A stretch of DNA of 27,210 nucleotides, from IMG/VR virus record IMGVR_UViG_3300048902_000103, positions 1 to 27,210 of that record; one strand, given 5' to 3'. Origin of the DNA: a virus (taxonomy: Duplodnaviria > Caudoviricetes). Position numbers and translations under genes: made by a program. Shown here one piece after another: positions 13,243 through 22,044 of the stretch; positions within the stretch are counted from its first letter, which is position 1, and the number at the start of each line of letters is the position of its first letter. A model generated the notes under the pieces. It saw only the letters and a program-made list of their open reading frames with translations. It had not been told where the DNA came from and ran no database searches.

Positions 13243-15263
13243 TGGCACTCACAGCGGCACTGAGCCCTAGCGGCTATTCTGTCGGCGGCATTCAGCCTGG
13301 GCCGATGGCCTCGGGTTCGGACGAGGGCGACGAGCGTCCGGGCTTCTGGCCGCTGAGCAAGTACCGCAAGGCCTACAGCACCTACCTCGACAGCAAGACC
13401 TTGGAAATTCAGGAGCAGCAGCAGGCCCGGCGCTATCGCCACGGCGCGCAGTGGACCGCCGAGCAGATCAAAACGTTGAATGATAGAAAGCAGCCGGTGG
13501 TGACGTACAACCGCATCGGCCGCAAGATCGACGGCATTGTCGGTCTGGTCGATCGGTTGCGGCAGGATCCCAAGGCCTATCCGCGCACACCACAGAACCA
13601 GGGCGGCGCTGATCTTGCGACCGCCGTGCTGCGCTACCTGATGGACAGCAACAAATGGAACGAGAAAACCCCCGTCATATCCGAGAATGCCGCCATTGAT
13701 GGCCTTGCCGGCATTGAACTGAATTTGAAGCAGCGGCAATCCCGCAATCAATTGCCGCAACAGCAGCCGGGCCAGCCGCCCGACATGGATGTGATTTTCG
13801 GCGTCGTGGACAATGACGGGTTTTTCTACGATCCGCGCAGCGTGAAGCCGGACTTTTCCGACGCCACCTACATGGGCGTGGGCAAGTGGATCGATCAGGA
13901 TGTGTTGATCAGCCTGATGCCGCAATACGCCGACAAGATCAAGGAAGGCGACTATTCCGGCGCCGATCTCACCACTAATTCCGACCGCGATAATCGCTGG
14001 ATGCGGGACGGCACTCGCGACTTCAAGGAAGTCAGGCTGGTGGACATCTGGTTCAAGTCGGGGAGAGTGTGGAATTACTGCCTGTTCACCGGCGCCAACA
14101 AGCTGATGGAGGACACCTCGCCGTTCTTCAACGAGTACGACGAGAGCCAGTGCAAATACATCATGTTCTCGGCGGCCATCGATCATGATGGTGATCGCTA
14201 CGGCTTCCCCCGAAACCTCATGTCGGCGCAGGACGAGATCAATCAGCGCCGATCGAAGGCGCTGCACGAACTCAACAACCGCCGCATCCGCGCCACCAAG
14301 GCGGCAGTCGCCGACAACAATGTCGAGGCCCTTAGACGCGAGGGCGCGCGCTCCGACGGGATCGTGCTGTCCCACACCTCGATCGATGATATCCAGTTCG
14401 ATGACCAAGCCAAGCAGGCCGCGGTCATGGGACAATTGGAAATGCTGCGCGAGGCCAAGTCGGAAATCGAGAACTTCGGGCCTAATCCCGCCCTGGTCGG
14501 CCAAGGCGCTGGTGGTGTTGGCGGTTCGTCCGGTCGCGCCATCAATCTCCTTCAGCAGGCCGGCATTGCCGAACTCGGCCCCTACATGACGCAATTGCGT
14601 TCGTGGAAAATCCGGGTCTACACCGCGCTGTTCAATGCCGCGACCAAATACTGGACCGCGGAACGCTGGATCAGGGTCACCGACAAGAACGGCCAGCCGC
14701 AGTTCGTCGGCCTCAATCAGATGCAGATGGATCAGCAGACCGGCCTGCCGCAGATGGTCAATCCGGTGGGCGACCTGGATGTCGACATCATATTGGACGA
14801 AGGCCCCGACACTATCACCATCATGCAGGACACCTACGACGCCATTGCGCAGGCCTTGCCGGCAATCGCACCGATGCTGTCGCCGGATGCGGCCAAGGCG
14901 GTGATGGAGGTGCTGATTGAAACCTCGCCATTGCCGGCCGACGTGAAGAAGAAATTCACTGACGCCGCCGCGCAGGCGCAGCAGCAGCCTTCCCCCGAGC
15001 AGCAGAAGCAGCAGGCCGACATGCAGATGAAGCAGGCCGAACTGCAGATGAAGCAGCAAGAGAACAAGGACAACTTGCAACTGGAAGCCGCCAAGGTGGT
15101 GCAGCAAGGAAAACTGAAACAGTTCGAGGCCATGACCGACGCGCAGCTGGCGCGCGAGAAGGCTGCGCTCGATGCCGAATTGGCGCAATTCAAGGCGGTC
15201 GCGGACGCCCAGACCAAGCGCGCGCAGGCGCTGGCGGGGCCGCAGTTGCATATTCCGCAATAG
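13242..15263 (+). CDS. Portal protein (P22-like)
   Basis: 673 aa after terL. YRHGAQW...PVVTYNRI...QDEINQRRSK motifs. Gln-rich coiled-coil barrel at the C-terminus. Confidence 0.9.
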   Translation: MALTAALSPSGYSVGGIQPGPMASGSDEGDERPGFWPLSKYRKAYSTYLDSKTLEIQEQQQARRYRHGAQWTAEQIKTLNDRKQPVVTYNRIGRKIDGIVGLVDRLRQDPKAYPRTPQNQGGADLATAVLRYLMDSNKWNEKTPVISENAAIDGLAGIELNLKQRQSRNQLPQQQPGQPPDMDVIFGVVDNDGFFYDPRSVKPDFSDATYMGVGKWIDQDVLISLMPQYADKIKEGDYSGADLTTNSDRDNRWMRDGTRDFKEVRLVDIWFKSGRVWNYCLFTGANKLMEDTSPFFNEYDESQCKYIMFSAAIDHDGDRYGFPRNLMSAQDEINQRRSKALHELNNRRIRATKAAVADNNVEALRREGARSDGIVLSHTSIDDIQFDDQAKQAAVMGQLEMLREAKSEIENFGPNPALVGQGAGGVGGSSGRAINLLQQAGIAELGPYMTQLRSWKIRVYTALFNAATKYWTAERWIRVTDKNGQPQFVGLNQMQMDQQTGLPQMVNPVGDLDVDIILDEGPDTITIMQDTYDAIAQALPAIAPMLSPDAAKAVMEVLIETSPLPADVKKKFTDAAAQAQQQPSPEQQKQQADMQMKQAELQMKQQENKDNLQLEAAKVVQQGKLKQFEAMTDAQLAREKAALDAELAQFKAVADAQTKRAQALAGPQLHIPQ

Positions 15264-15266
15264 AGC

Positions 15267-15368
15267 TCGTCCGCCCCACGATACGGGGCCCGTTTCGATC
15301 CCACGGCATAAGGATCGTCCGCCTCGTCCCGGCGATATGGGGCGTTTCGTCTGTCCACGATACGGGCA
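15267..15368 (+). ncRNA. Candidate cis-regulatory RNA: four tandem H-type pseudoknots in the scaffold 5' leader
   Basis: Four consecutive a-b-a'-b' units with different sequences but conserved pairing (detailed in findings). Confidence 0.6.
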
Positions 15369-15388
15369 AAGCAGAGGACACCACACCC

Positions 15389-16354
15389 ATGGCTGACACT
15401 GACACCAACCCCACCAATGGCGGGGGTGGCGGCGAGGATATTGTCGTTACCGATCGCCAACTGTTCGACAGTGCCATAAGCGACCCCGAGCCGGCTTCCG
15501 AGCCGGCACCGGTACCTTCCCCGGAGCCTCCACAAGCTCCACCACAAACTCCACAAACTCCACAGGAAGGTGGCCAACGTGCCCGCGACGAGCAGGGCCG
15601 GTTTACTGCGCAGCAGCAGCCGCCCCCGCAGCAACCCCGACAACAACCGCCAACGGGTCAACCGCAGGCGGCGCAAAGTCAGGATCATCGCGTACCGTTG
15701 CGGGAATTGCTGGAAGAGCGTGACCGGCGCAACCGCATCCAGGCCGAGAACGACCAGATGCGGCAGCAATGGCAGCGGCTGCAATACGAGCAGCAGCAGC
15801 GCGAGCTCGCCTACCAGCAACAGCAGATGCCGCAGACGATCTACGACAACCCCGACCAATATCTCGTTCACAACGTCATCAATCCATTACGTCAGCAGAT
15901 GCAGATGGAGGTGATGTCGAACAAGGACGCGATGTCGCGGGAATTTGCCAACGTTCAGTTTGGCGTTGAAACGGTGGAAACCGCCTTGAAGGCAATGGCG
16001 CAGGTGCGTCACAGCCCGCAGGGCAATTTCATCTTTCAACAGATCATGTCGAGCGGTCATCCTTATGGCGCACTGGTCAATTGGTTCAACTACGCCAAGC
16101 AGCAACAGGAAATCGGTGACCCCGGTGCCTGGAAGCAGAAGCAGCAGGAAGCCTGGCGCAACGATCCAAAAGAGCAGGAAGAAATGGCCCGGCGCTGGTG
16201 GGCGCGGCAACAGCAAAATCAGCCACGCGGCAATGGTGCTCAACCCAATGTGAACTTGCCGCCTTCGCTGTCCTCGATGCCGTCCTCGTCGGGCCGCCTC
16301 GAGCAGTCGGGCGATATGAGCGACGCCAGTCTTTACAACTTCGCCACCCGATAA
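15389..16354 (+). CDS. Capsid scaffolding protein
   Basis: Located between portal and capsid. Acidic, Pro/Gln-rich N-terminus, RARDEQGRF and RVPLRELLEER motifs, coiled coil, PPSLS near the C-terminus. Confidence 0.85.
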   Translation: MADTDTNPTNGGGGGEDIVVTDRQLFDSAISDPEPASEPAPVPSPEPPQAPPQTPQTPQEGGQRARDEQGRFTAQQQPPPQQPRQQPPTGQPQAAQSQDHRVPLRELLEERDRRNRIQAENDQMRQQWQRLQYEQQQRELAYQQQQMPQTIYDNPDQYLVHNVINPLRQQMQMEVMSNKDAMSREFANVQFGVETVETALKAMAQVRHSPQGNFIFQQIMSSGHPYGALVNWFNYAKQQQEIGDPGAWKQKQQEAWRNDPKEQEEMARRWWARQQQNQPRGNGAQPNVNLPPSLSSMPSSSGRLEQSGDMSDASLYNFATR

Positions 16355-16379
16355 ACCGGCCGCAATTCCCGACCTGATC

Positions 16380-16402
16380 ACCCGCCGCGTGGCGGGTTTT
16401 TT
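16380..16402 (+). terminator. Intrinsic terminator-like hairpin between scaffold and capsid genes
   Basis: ACCCGCC-gcgt-GGCGGG-TTTTTT. Confidence 0.75.
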
Positions 16403-16438
16403 GTTGGGGAAACGGCCCAGCAGAAAGGACCGACGGCC

Positions 16439-17617
16439 ATGGCCGTTTCCACCGTTCAAGCCAACAACAAGTTGGTCAAATACACGCAGCAGATCAATCG
16501 TGAATGGGTCAGGGAGAATATGTTCTCGGCCTACATGGGCGAGGACATCAACAGCATCATTCGCCGGCGCATGGAGCTCAAGAGCGGCGGCGAGCAGATC
16601 AACATTCCGCTGGTCACTCGGCTGCGAGGGCAGGGCGTTTCCACCGGACCGTTGGTTGGTTTCGAGGACGAGATCGACGATTACGGCATGCGCGTCTGGG
16701 TCGAATGGGCCCGTAATGCCGTGGTCACCAAGAAGTCGGAAATGCAGAAGGACAGCGCCGACACCTTCGGCGAGGCCAAGCCGCTACTTTCGGACTGGCT
16801 GCAGGAGGTAACCCGCGACGAGATCATCGCGGCATTTATGGCCCTTCCATCGGCAATCCAACCGACCGCCGGCACCCGTGTTAACGGCATCCAGTTCGAC
16901 CTGGCCACCGTCGCGCAGCGCAACACCTGGCAGACCGACAACAACGACCGCATCCTGTTCGGCGCTGCGGTCAGCAACTTGTCGGCCGGCAACTTCGTCA
17001 CTTCGCTGTCCAACGTCGACACCACCGCGGACAAATTCACCGCCGCCAGTCTCTCGTTGATGAAGCGGGTGGCGATGAATGCCGACCCGCGCATTCGGCC
17101 CTACAAAACCCGCGACGGTTACGAGTATTATGTCTGCTTCGCCGGTCTGAGTTCGTTCCGTGATCTTAAGCTTGATCTGGCGGTGGTGAACAAGGATGCC
17201 CGGCCCAGAGAAGGCCGGCAGGTCAATGGTGCGCCCGACAATCCGCTGTTTCAAGACGGGGATCAGATCTACGACGGCGTGATCGTCCGCCTGGTGCCGG
17301 AAATTTCTCGCTTTGTGGGAACGACGGCAAATCCCGGCCCGTGGGGCGTCCCTTCGGGTGGCAATCTGCTATTGGCGGGCGCGGCTAGTGCCAGGGTCGA
17401 GCCGGTCTTCCTCTGCGGCCAGCAGGCGGCGGCCATTGCCTATGCGCAGATGGCGAAGCCTACCTTCCGGCAGGAGGATGATTATCAATTCATCAAAGGC
17501 GTCGGCATCGAGGCGGCCTATGGGGTTGCGAAAATGTACAAACTCCATCCCAAGGCTGGCACCGCCCTGAAGCAATGGGGCGTCGTTACCGGCTTCTTCG
17601 CCTCGGCTTCGGATTAA
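16439..17617 (+). CDS. Major capsid protein (N4-gp56/DUF4043-like)
   Basis: AAAGGA RBS; 392 aa. ELKSGGEQINIPLVTRLRG.GV...L.G.E...NPLF...YDGVIV...LCGQQA...EDDY..KG pattern. Confidence 0.9.
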   Translation: MAVSTVQANNKLVKYTQQINREWVRENMFSAYMGEDINSIIRRRMELKSGGEQINIPLVTRLRGQGVSTGPLVGFEDEIDDYGMRVWVEWARNAVVTKKSEMQKDSADTFGEAKPLLSDWLQEVTRDEIIAAFMALPSAIQPTAGTRVNGIQFDLATVAQRNTWQTDNNDRILFGAAVSNLSAGNFVTSLSNVDTTADKFTAASLSLMKRVAMNADPRIRPYKTRDGYEYYVCFAGLSSFRDLKLDLAVVNKDARPREGRQVNGAPDNPLFQDGDQIYDGVIVRLVPEISRFVGTTANPGPWGVPSGGNLLLAGAASARVEPVFLCGQQAAAIAYAQMAKPTFRQEDDYQFIKGVGIEAAYGVAKMYKLHPKAGTALKQWGVVTGFFASASD

Positions 17618-17633
17618 GGAAAGGAACACAACA

Positions 17634-18035
17634 ATGGTTGCCAATCTCCAAACTGCGGTTCCTTCCCAGGACATGGGCTATCGTGTTGAACAGGTCATGC
17701 TGGCCCGGATCAATTTCGACAGCCCGACGACAATCAATGTCGGCGGACTGCCGGCCAATGCTGCGATCACCGGCATTACCTTCCACACTCAGACTGCGTT
17801 CAATGCGGTGACCACTAACAACCTCAATGTCGGGTTTACCGATCCCACCGGCACCTCTACGACTGCCTATGTGTCGGCGCAGGCGATCGGCCCGCTCGGT
17901 GTTGCGGCTCCAGCCTTGCCGACAACGGCCATTCCGCTGTCACGGGCAACCACGGTGACGGCGTCCTACACGCAGACCGGCACCGCCGCCACGGCCGGCA
18001 CCGGGCTGCTCTCGGTTCGGTTCGTGGTTCCGTAA
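17634..18035 (+). CDS. Capsid decoration or cement protein (putative)
   Basis: Follows the capsid gene. Beta-rich; LPANA.I...TAFNA...TAG...VRF pattern. Confidence 0.7.
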   Translation: MVANLQTAVPSQDMGYRVEQVMLARINFDSPTTINVGGLPANAAITGITFHTQTAFNAVTTNNLNVGFTDPTGTSTTAYVSAQAIGPLGVAAPALPTTAIPLSRATTVTASYTQTGTAATAGTGLLSVRFVVP

Positions 18036-18060
18036 GCAATACCCCTGGGGCGAGGCAATC

Positions 18061-19287
18061 ATGGCCACGACGCTTTTCGCCAGCAACACCCCGTCTCAGG
18101 ACGCCCAGCGCGAGGCCACACAGGTCATCACTAGCCGGCTGGCGTACAATTCCCCGGCGACCGTCTTCGCCGGGGGGTTGCCGCCACATGCTGTTGTCCT
18201 CGACATCACCGTCTACACCACGACGGCATTCAATGCCGGAACGCAGAACAACATCGTCATCGGTCAGTCCGACTTCAGCGGCACCAATCCATCGGCCTAC
18301 ACGGCGGGCACGGCGATCGGCCCGCTGGGCGTGGTCAAGGTACCCCTGACCATGCCGTCGTCGCTGCCGCTGGCGCGGCCGACCTCCATAACCCTGAAAT
18401 ATGACCAGGCTGGAACGCCGGCTAATGCCGGCTCTGCGCTGGTGATCGTTCGCTACGTCGTGCAGCGGCGGGATATCCAGAGCATCGCTCTGGACACCAG
18501 CAGCGCTGGCACTTGGCCCAACGCCAGCAACACCGGACCCGCAGCGGGCACAGTGTTCACCACCACAACCGGAAATTTCAACACTTCGTCGGCCGGACAG
18601 ATTGTCGAGAAGCGGCAGATCGACAATGGCATGGTCATTATCCGACATCCCAACGTTATAATACGAGATTGCATCATCAACAGTCAGGACAGCGCCGCCA
18701 TCAGCACGGTTGGTGCGGCCTTGTCGGGGTGCCTGGTCGAGCGGTGCCTATTGACCGGGATTGGCGGGGCCAATGGTATCTCGCCGGACTTCGCCCCCAA
18801 CATCGAGATTAGGTTTTGTGACATCAGCGGCTACGTCAACGGCATCGTCATCGGCGATACCGGGATGAACATTCACGACAACTACATTCACGGACTGTTT
18901 TCCATCACCGGCCCTGGATCGCATATTGACGGCATTCAGGGCGCGGGCGGGTTTACGTCCCTGATCATCCGGCACAACACGATCGTGAGCTGGGACACCA
19001 GTTGCATCATCCTGCAGACCGAAGGGGGCGGTTTTTCTGGCGTGGTGATCGATAACAATCGGTGCCTGTTCGATGCCGCGCACGTTGGCTCGGAACTGGG
19101 TTATGGCATCCTGTGCCAGAGCATCAATGCCAACGTCGCGCAGGATGTCACCATCACCAACAACCGCATTCAGAAATCACAACTCGCGCAGAACTACATC
19201 TTTATTCATAACCTGACCAATCCGGTAACCATCAGCGGAAATGTGGACGACACGACTGGACTGCCCGTAACGGCCGACATTGGATGA
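18061..19287 (+). CDS. Decoration-protein paralog fused to a right-handed beta-helix (pectin lyase-like) domain
   Basis: The first ~135 aa align by eye with 17634-18035. The rest has IxxNxI/IxxCxI repeats and HIDGIQ. Confidence 0.75.
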   Translation: MATTLFASNTPSQDAQREATQVITSRLAYNSPATVFAGGLPPHAVVLDITVYTTTAFNAGTQNNIVIGQSDFSGTNPSAYTAGTAIGPLGVVKVPLTMPSSLPLARPTSITLKYDQAGTPANAGSALVIVRYVVQRRDIQSIALDTSSAGTWPNASNTGPAAGTVFTTTTGNFNTSSAGQIVEKRQIDNGMVIIRHPNVIIRDCIINSQDSAAISTVGAALSGCLVERCLLTGIGGANGISPDFAPNIEIRFCDISGYVNGIVIGDTGMNIHDNYIHGLFSITGPGSHIDGIQGAGGFTSLIIRHNTIVSWDTSCIILQTEGGGFSGVVIDNNRCLFDAAHVGSELGYGILCQSINANVAQDVTITNNRIQKSQLAQNYIFIHNLTNPVTISGNVDDTTGLPVTADIG

Positions 19288-19291
19288 TCCG

Positions 19292-19624
19292 ATGACCGAT
19301 CCGGTTTACCTCACCTGGCTGGGGGACGGCGAAGACGGCTGTTCCCCAGCCGTGCAATGGTGCGGGATTGAATTTCCAATTGGTGTGCCGGTGGCGGTGG
19401 ACGATCCGTACATGATCGGCAAGGCCAAGAACAACCGCACCTTCCGGGTCGAGATCAAGACTGAACCCAATATGTTTGTTGAGGCGCCCAAGTTCACCGC
19501 GTTTGCCTATGCCGGGCCGCCGGCGCCGCCGTTGGAGGAACAGATCGCAGTCCTGACCGCGCCGCCAGTGAAACGCGGACCAGGCCGGCCAAAGAAGGTA
19601 GTGCCTAATGCCGATCATCAATAA
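19292..19624 (+). CDS. Small hypothetical protein with a C-terminal AT-hook-like motif
   Basis: GIEFPIGVPVAVDD...KAKNNRTF and KRGPGRPKK; typical post-capsid position. Confidence 0.75.
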   Translation: MTDPVYLTWLGDGEDGCSPAVQWCGIEFPIGVPVAVDDPYMIGKAKNNRTFRVEIKTEPNMFVEAPKFTAFAYAGPPAPPLEEQIAVLTAPPVKRGPGRPKKVVPNADHQ

Positions 19625-20276
19625 TTACGGCTCGCTCAAGACCGAGCTCAGCGGCTCGCTGTTTCATTCGCGGTTTGCCGCTAATTACGCTCGCGCTGTT
19701 ACCAGTTTTGAGGCGGTGGCCAATCGCCGGCTGCGTACCCGGCAGCAGGAAGCAATGGCTGTGCTCACGACCGATGACATCACCTTGTCCTCGCCGTTCT
19801 TTGTCATCATGCCGGGCTCGACATTCGTGCCGGATGACTATCTGCTCTGGCGCACGGTGCTGTGGACCGGCAGAACGCCGTCGGTGGAGTTGGACTACGT
19901 CCACCCTGCCTATCTGCGATCGACGTGGATCGAGCAGGATCACGGCAACCCCAAGGTGTTCACGATCGACGGCGATATATTCACCACTCGCCCGCGCGAC
20001 AATGCGGACGGCATCTACGAATTCCACTACTACCAGAAGATCCCCAGCATTGTCGGCACCCAGAATGGCGATAATGGTACTAACTGGCTGATCAGCGATC
20101 ATCCCGACCTGTACCTTGAAGGCGCGCTGACCGAACTGTTCATCCTTGCCCGCAACGGCGAGGCTGCAATCGCGCACAAGCAATTGCGCGACGAGAAATT
20201 TGCCGAACTGATCCAGCTATCCGCGCTCACCACCGGCGCGACCTCGCCCTCGGTACGAACCGCGGACTATTTTTGA
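19608..20276 (+). CDS. Head-tail adaptor protein
   Basis: NYGSLK...RRLR...YYQKIP...TNWL...PDLYL.GAL pattern, plus gene order. Confidence 0.8.
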   Translation: MPIINNYGSLKTELSGSLFHSRFAANYARAVTSFEAVANRRLRTRQQEAMAVLTTDDITLSSPFFVIMPGSTFVPDDYLLWRTVLWTGRTPSVELDYVHPAYLRSTWIEQDHGNPKVFTIDGDIFTTRPRDNADGIYEFHYYQKIPSIVGTQNGDNGTNWLISDHPDLYLEGALTELFILARNGEAAIAHKQLRDEKFAELIQLSALTTGATSPSVRTADYF

Positions 20277-20536
20277 TGTTCAAGATTTACGACGGTAACG
20301 GCGAGGTGATGGGGGTTCTACCATTGACCGAGCGGCAACAGGCCATTCTCGACAGCGGCCAAGAGTTGGTGGTGATCTATCACACTCCGCAATTACTCCA
20401 ACACATGCTCGGCAATCGCAGCGGCTCAGTTGTGCTGGTCAAGGACGGCGAGGAAATCCGAACGACGACGCCAGAAGCCACCCGGAAGTTTCTCGATTTG
20501 CAAGCTGCGGTTAAGGCGGCGCGGGAGCCGAATTGA
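20276..20536 (+). CDS. Hypothetical protein
   Basis: TGATG coupling at both ends. Confidence 0.75.
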   Translation: MFKIYDGNGEVMGVLPLTERQQAILDSGQELVVIYHTPQLLQHMLGNRSGSVVLVKDGEEIRTTTPEATRKFLDLQAAVKAAREPN

Positions 20537-22044
20537 TGCCAAAAGTACCGGTACCGTGGGACGAGTGGCGGCCAGACATTGCCACCCTTGACAGCAAGTT
20601 CTGCAACGACGTTGAGAATGTATTTCCCGGCATCAATTCCTACATGCCGGTGCCGGATCTGGTGCCGTTCACCGACAGCATCATTCCCCCTCCGCCACTG
20701 GCCGGGCCGGTGGTCGGACTGACCTCGGCGCGCACCACCGATGGTGAGTGGCGCATTTACGGCGGTACCCGCAGCAAGCTCTATCGTTGGACTTTGTTTA
20801 CCGGCTGGGTCGAGGTGGGCAGCGGCTACACCGTGCCGATTGGTGAATTGTGGTCCTTCACCATGTTCGGAAAATACCTGATCGCGGTCCAGATCGGGGA
20901 CACGCCACAGTTCTGTGATGTCGATGCCAATACGAATTTTGCTCCACTGACCAACTTCCCCGTGGGGGAAAAGGCACACAACGTTCGCACCATCGGCGAT
21001 TTCGTGATCATGGGCGGGCTACTCTCCAACCGCAGGAAAATCATGTGGTCGGGGATCAATGATCCCTTCAGTTGGACCCCCGGCATCAATCTTTCAGACG
21101 AGCAGGAAATGCCGGACGGTGGTCCCATTATGGGGATAAGTGGCGATAAAATTGGTTATGTCTGCCAGGACCGGGCCATCCGGCTTTTGCAATTCTTGCC
21201 CGGTGATACGACGTTTATTTTCTCGCTGTCGAAGGTGGTGTACGACCGCGGCTCGATCTCGGAATTTGGATACACGAGTATCGGCGACACGCTGTATTTT
21301 CGAGCCGAGGATGGTTTCTATGCTCTGTCCGGTTCAACCCTGATCCCGATCGGCCATGAGAAGGTCAACGAGTGGTTTTTGGCCCACAGCGATATCGGCC
21401 GCGCGAATATCGTCCAAGCCATTACTGCGGTGCGACCGTTCATCGCTTGGGCCTATCATGCCTCCAGCGGCTCGCCCGCCAACTATTACGACAGCGTCAT
21501 CATCTTCAATTGGAGCAATCAGCGTTGGTCGAGGTGGAAGATCAATGCGCAGATGTGGGCATCGTCGGCGGTGTCCTCGACCAATCTCGATCTTGACACT
21601 ACGGGACCGGAACCCGGCGATGAATGGCTGGAATGGGCCGGAACACCACAGCCGCGCCCGTTGGACAGTTTTGCCTATCAGGGTGGTAGGCCGCGCGTGG
21701 CGGCAATCAATCCTGACGGCTATTTGTCGGAACTGGCCGGCCCCAATCTGCAGGCCACCCTGGAAAGCGGTGACTTGCATTTGGTACCGGGTAATCGCGC
21801 CATGGTGGGCGAAGTTTATCCTTTGGCTGATAGTGCCGAGGGCTTGATCTACGACGGTACCAGCGAACGACTGCAAGACAATGTCGTATGGTCGCAAGCC
21901 TTTCCGATCGAAATCACCGGCTTGGCGGCGGTCTATATCTCGGCCCGCCTGCATCGCTTTCGTCACATCATTCCGCGCTCGAGCAAGTGGACCCACGCGC
22001 AGGGCGTGGTCGTGGATGCACAGGATGATGGGAGTGTGGCCTGA
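20536..22044 (+). CDS. Tail nozzle / packaged-DNA stabilisation protein (beta-propeller type)
   Basis: EWRPD N-terminus, WSGINDP.SW...DEQ.MPDGG motif; 502 aa after the adaptor. Confidence 0.75.
   Translation: MPKVPVPWDEWRPDIATLDSKFCNDVENVFPGINSYMPVPDLVPFTDSIIPPPPLAGPVVGLTSARTTDGEWRIYGGTRSKLYRWTLFTGWVEVGSGYTVPIGELWSFTMFGKYLIAVQIGDTPQFCDVDANTNFAPLTNFPVGEKAHNVRTIGDFVIMGGLLSNRRKIMWSGINDPFSWTPGINLSDEQEMPDGGPIMGISGDKIGYVCQDRAIRLLQFLPGDTTFIFSLSKVVYDRGSISEFGYTSIGDTLYFRAEDGFYALSGSTLIPIGHEKVNEWFLAHSDIGRANIVQAITAVRPFIAWAYHASSGSPANYYDSVIIFNWSNQRWSRWKINAQMWASSAVSSTNLDLDTTGPEPGDEWLEWAGTPQPRPLDSFAYQGGRPRVAAINPDGYLSELAGPNLQATLESGDLHLVPGNRAMVGEVYPLADSAEGLIYDGTSERLQDNVVWSQAFPIEITGLAAVYISARLHRFRHIIPRSSKWTHAQGVVVDAQDDGSVA

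Noticed and set aside
15240-15263. Portal C-terminus PQLHIPQ as a fifth IGxKxY tag
   Set aside because: It shares only LHI and lacks G, K and Y.
13209-15386. 725-aa minus-strand ORF (also 14834-15871, 15887-16459, 17857-18648, 21334-22098)
   Set aside because: These are antisense shadows of the portal, scaffold and other structural genes, expected with high GC3 codon bias. They show no protein-like motifs.
16389-16811. Alternative-frame ORF overlapping the capsid start, as a possible frameshift product
   Set aside because: It starts within the terminator hairpin, has an Arg/Ser-rich off-frame composition, and the scaffold stop at 16354 lies upstream of it.
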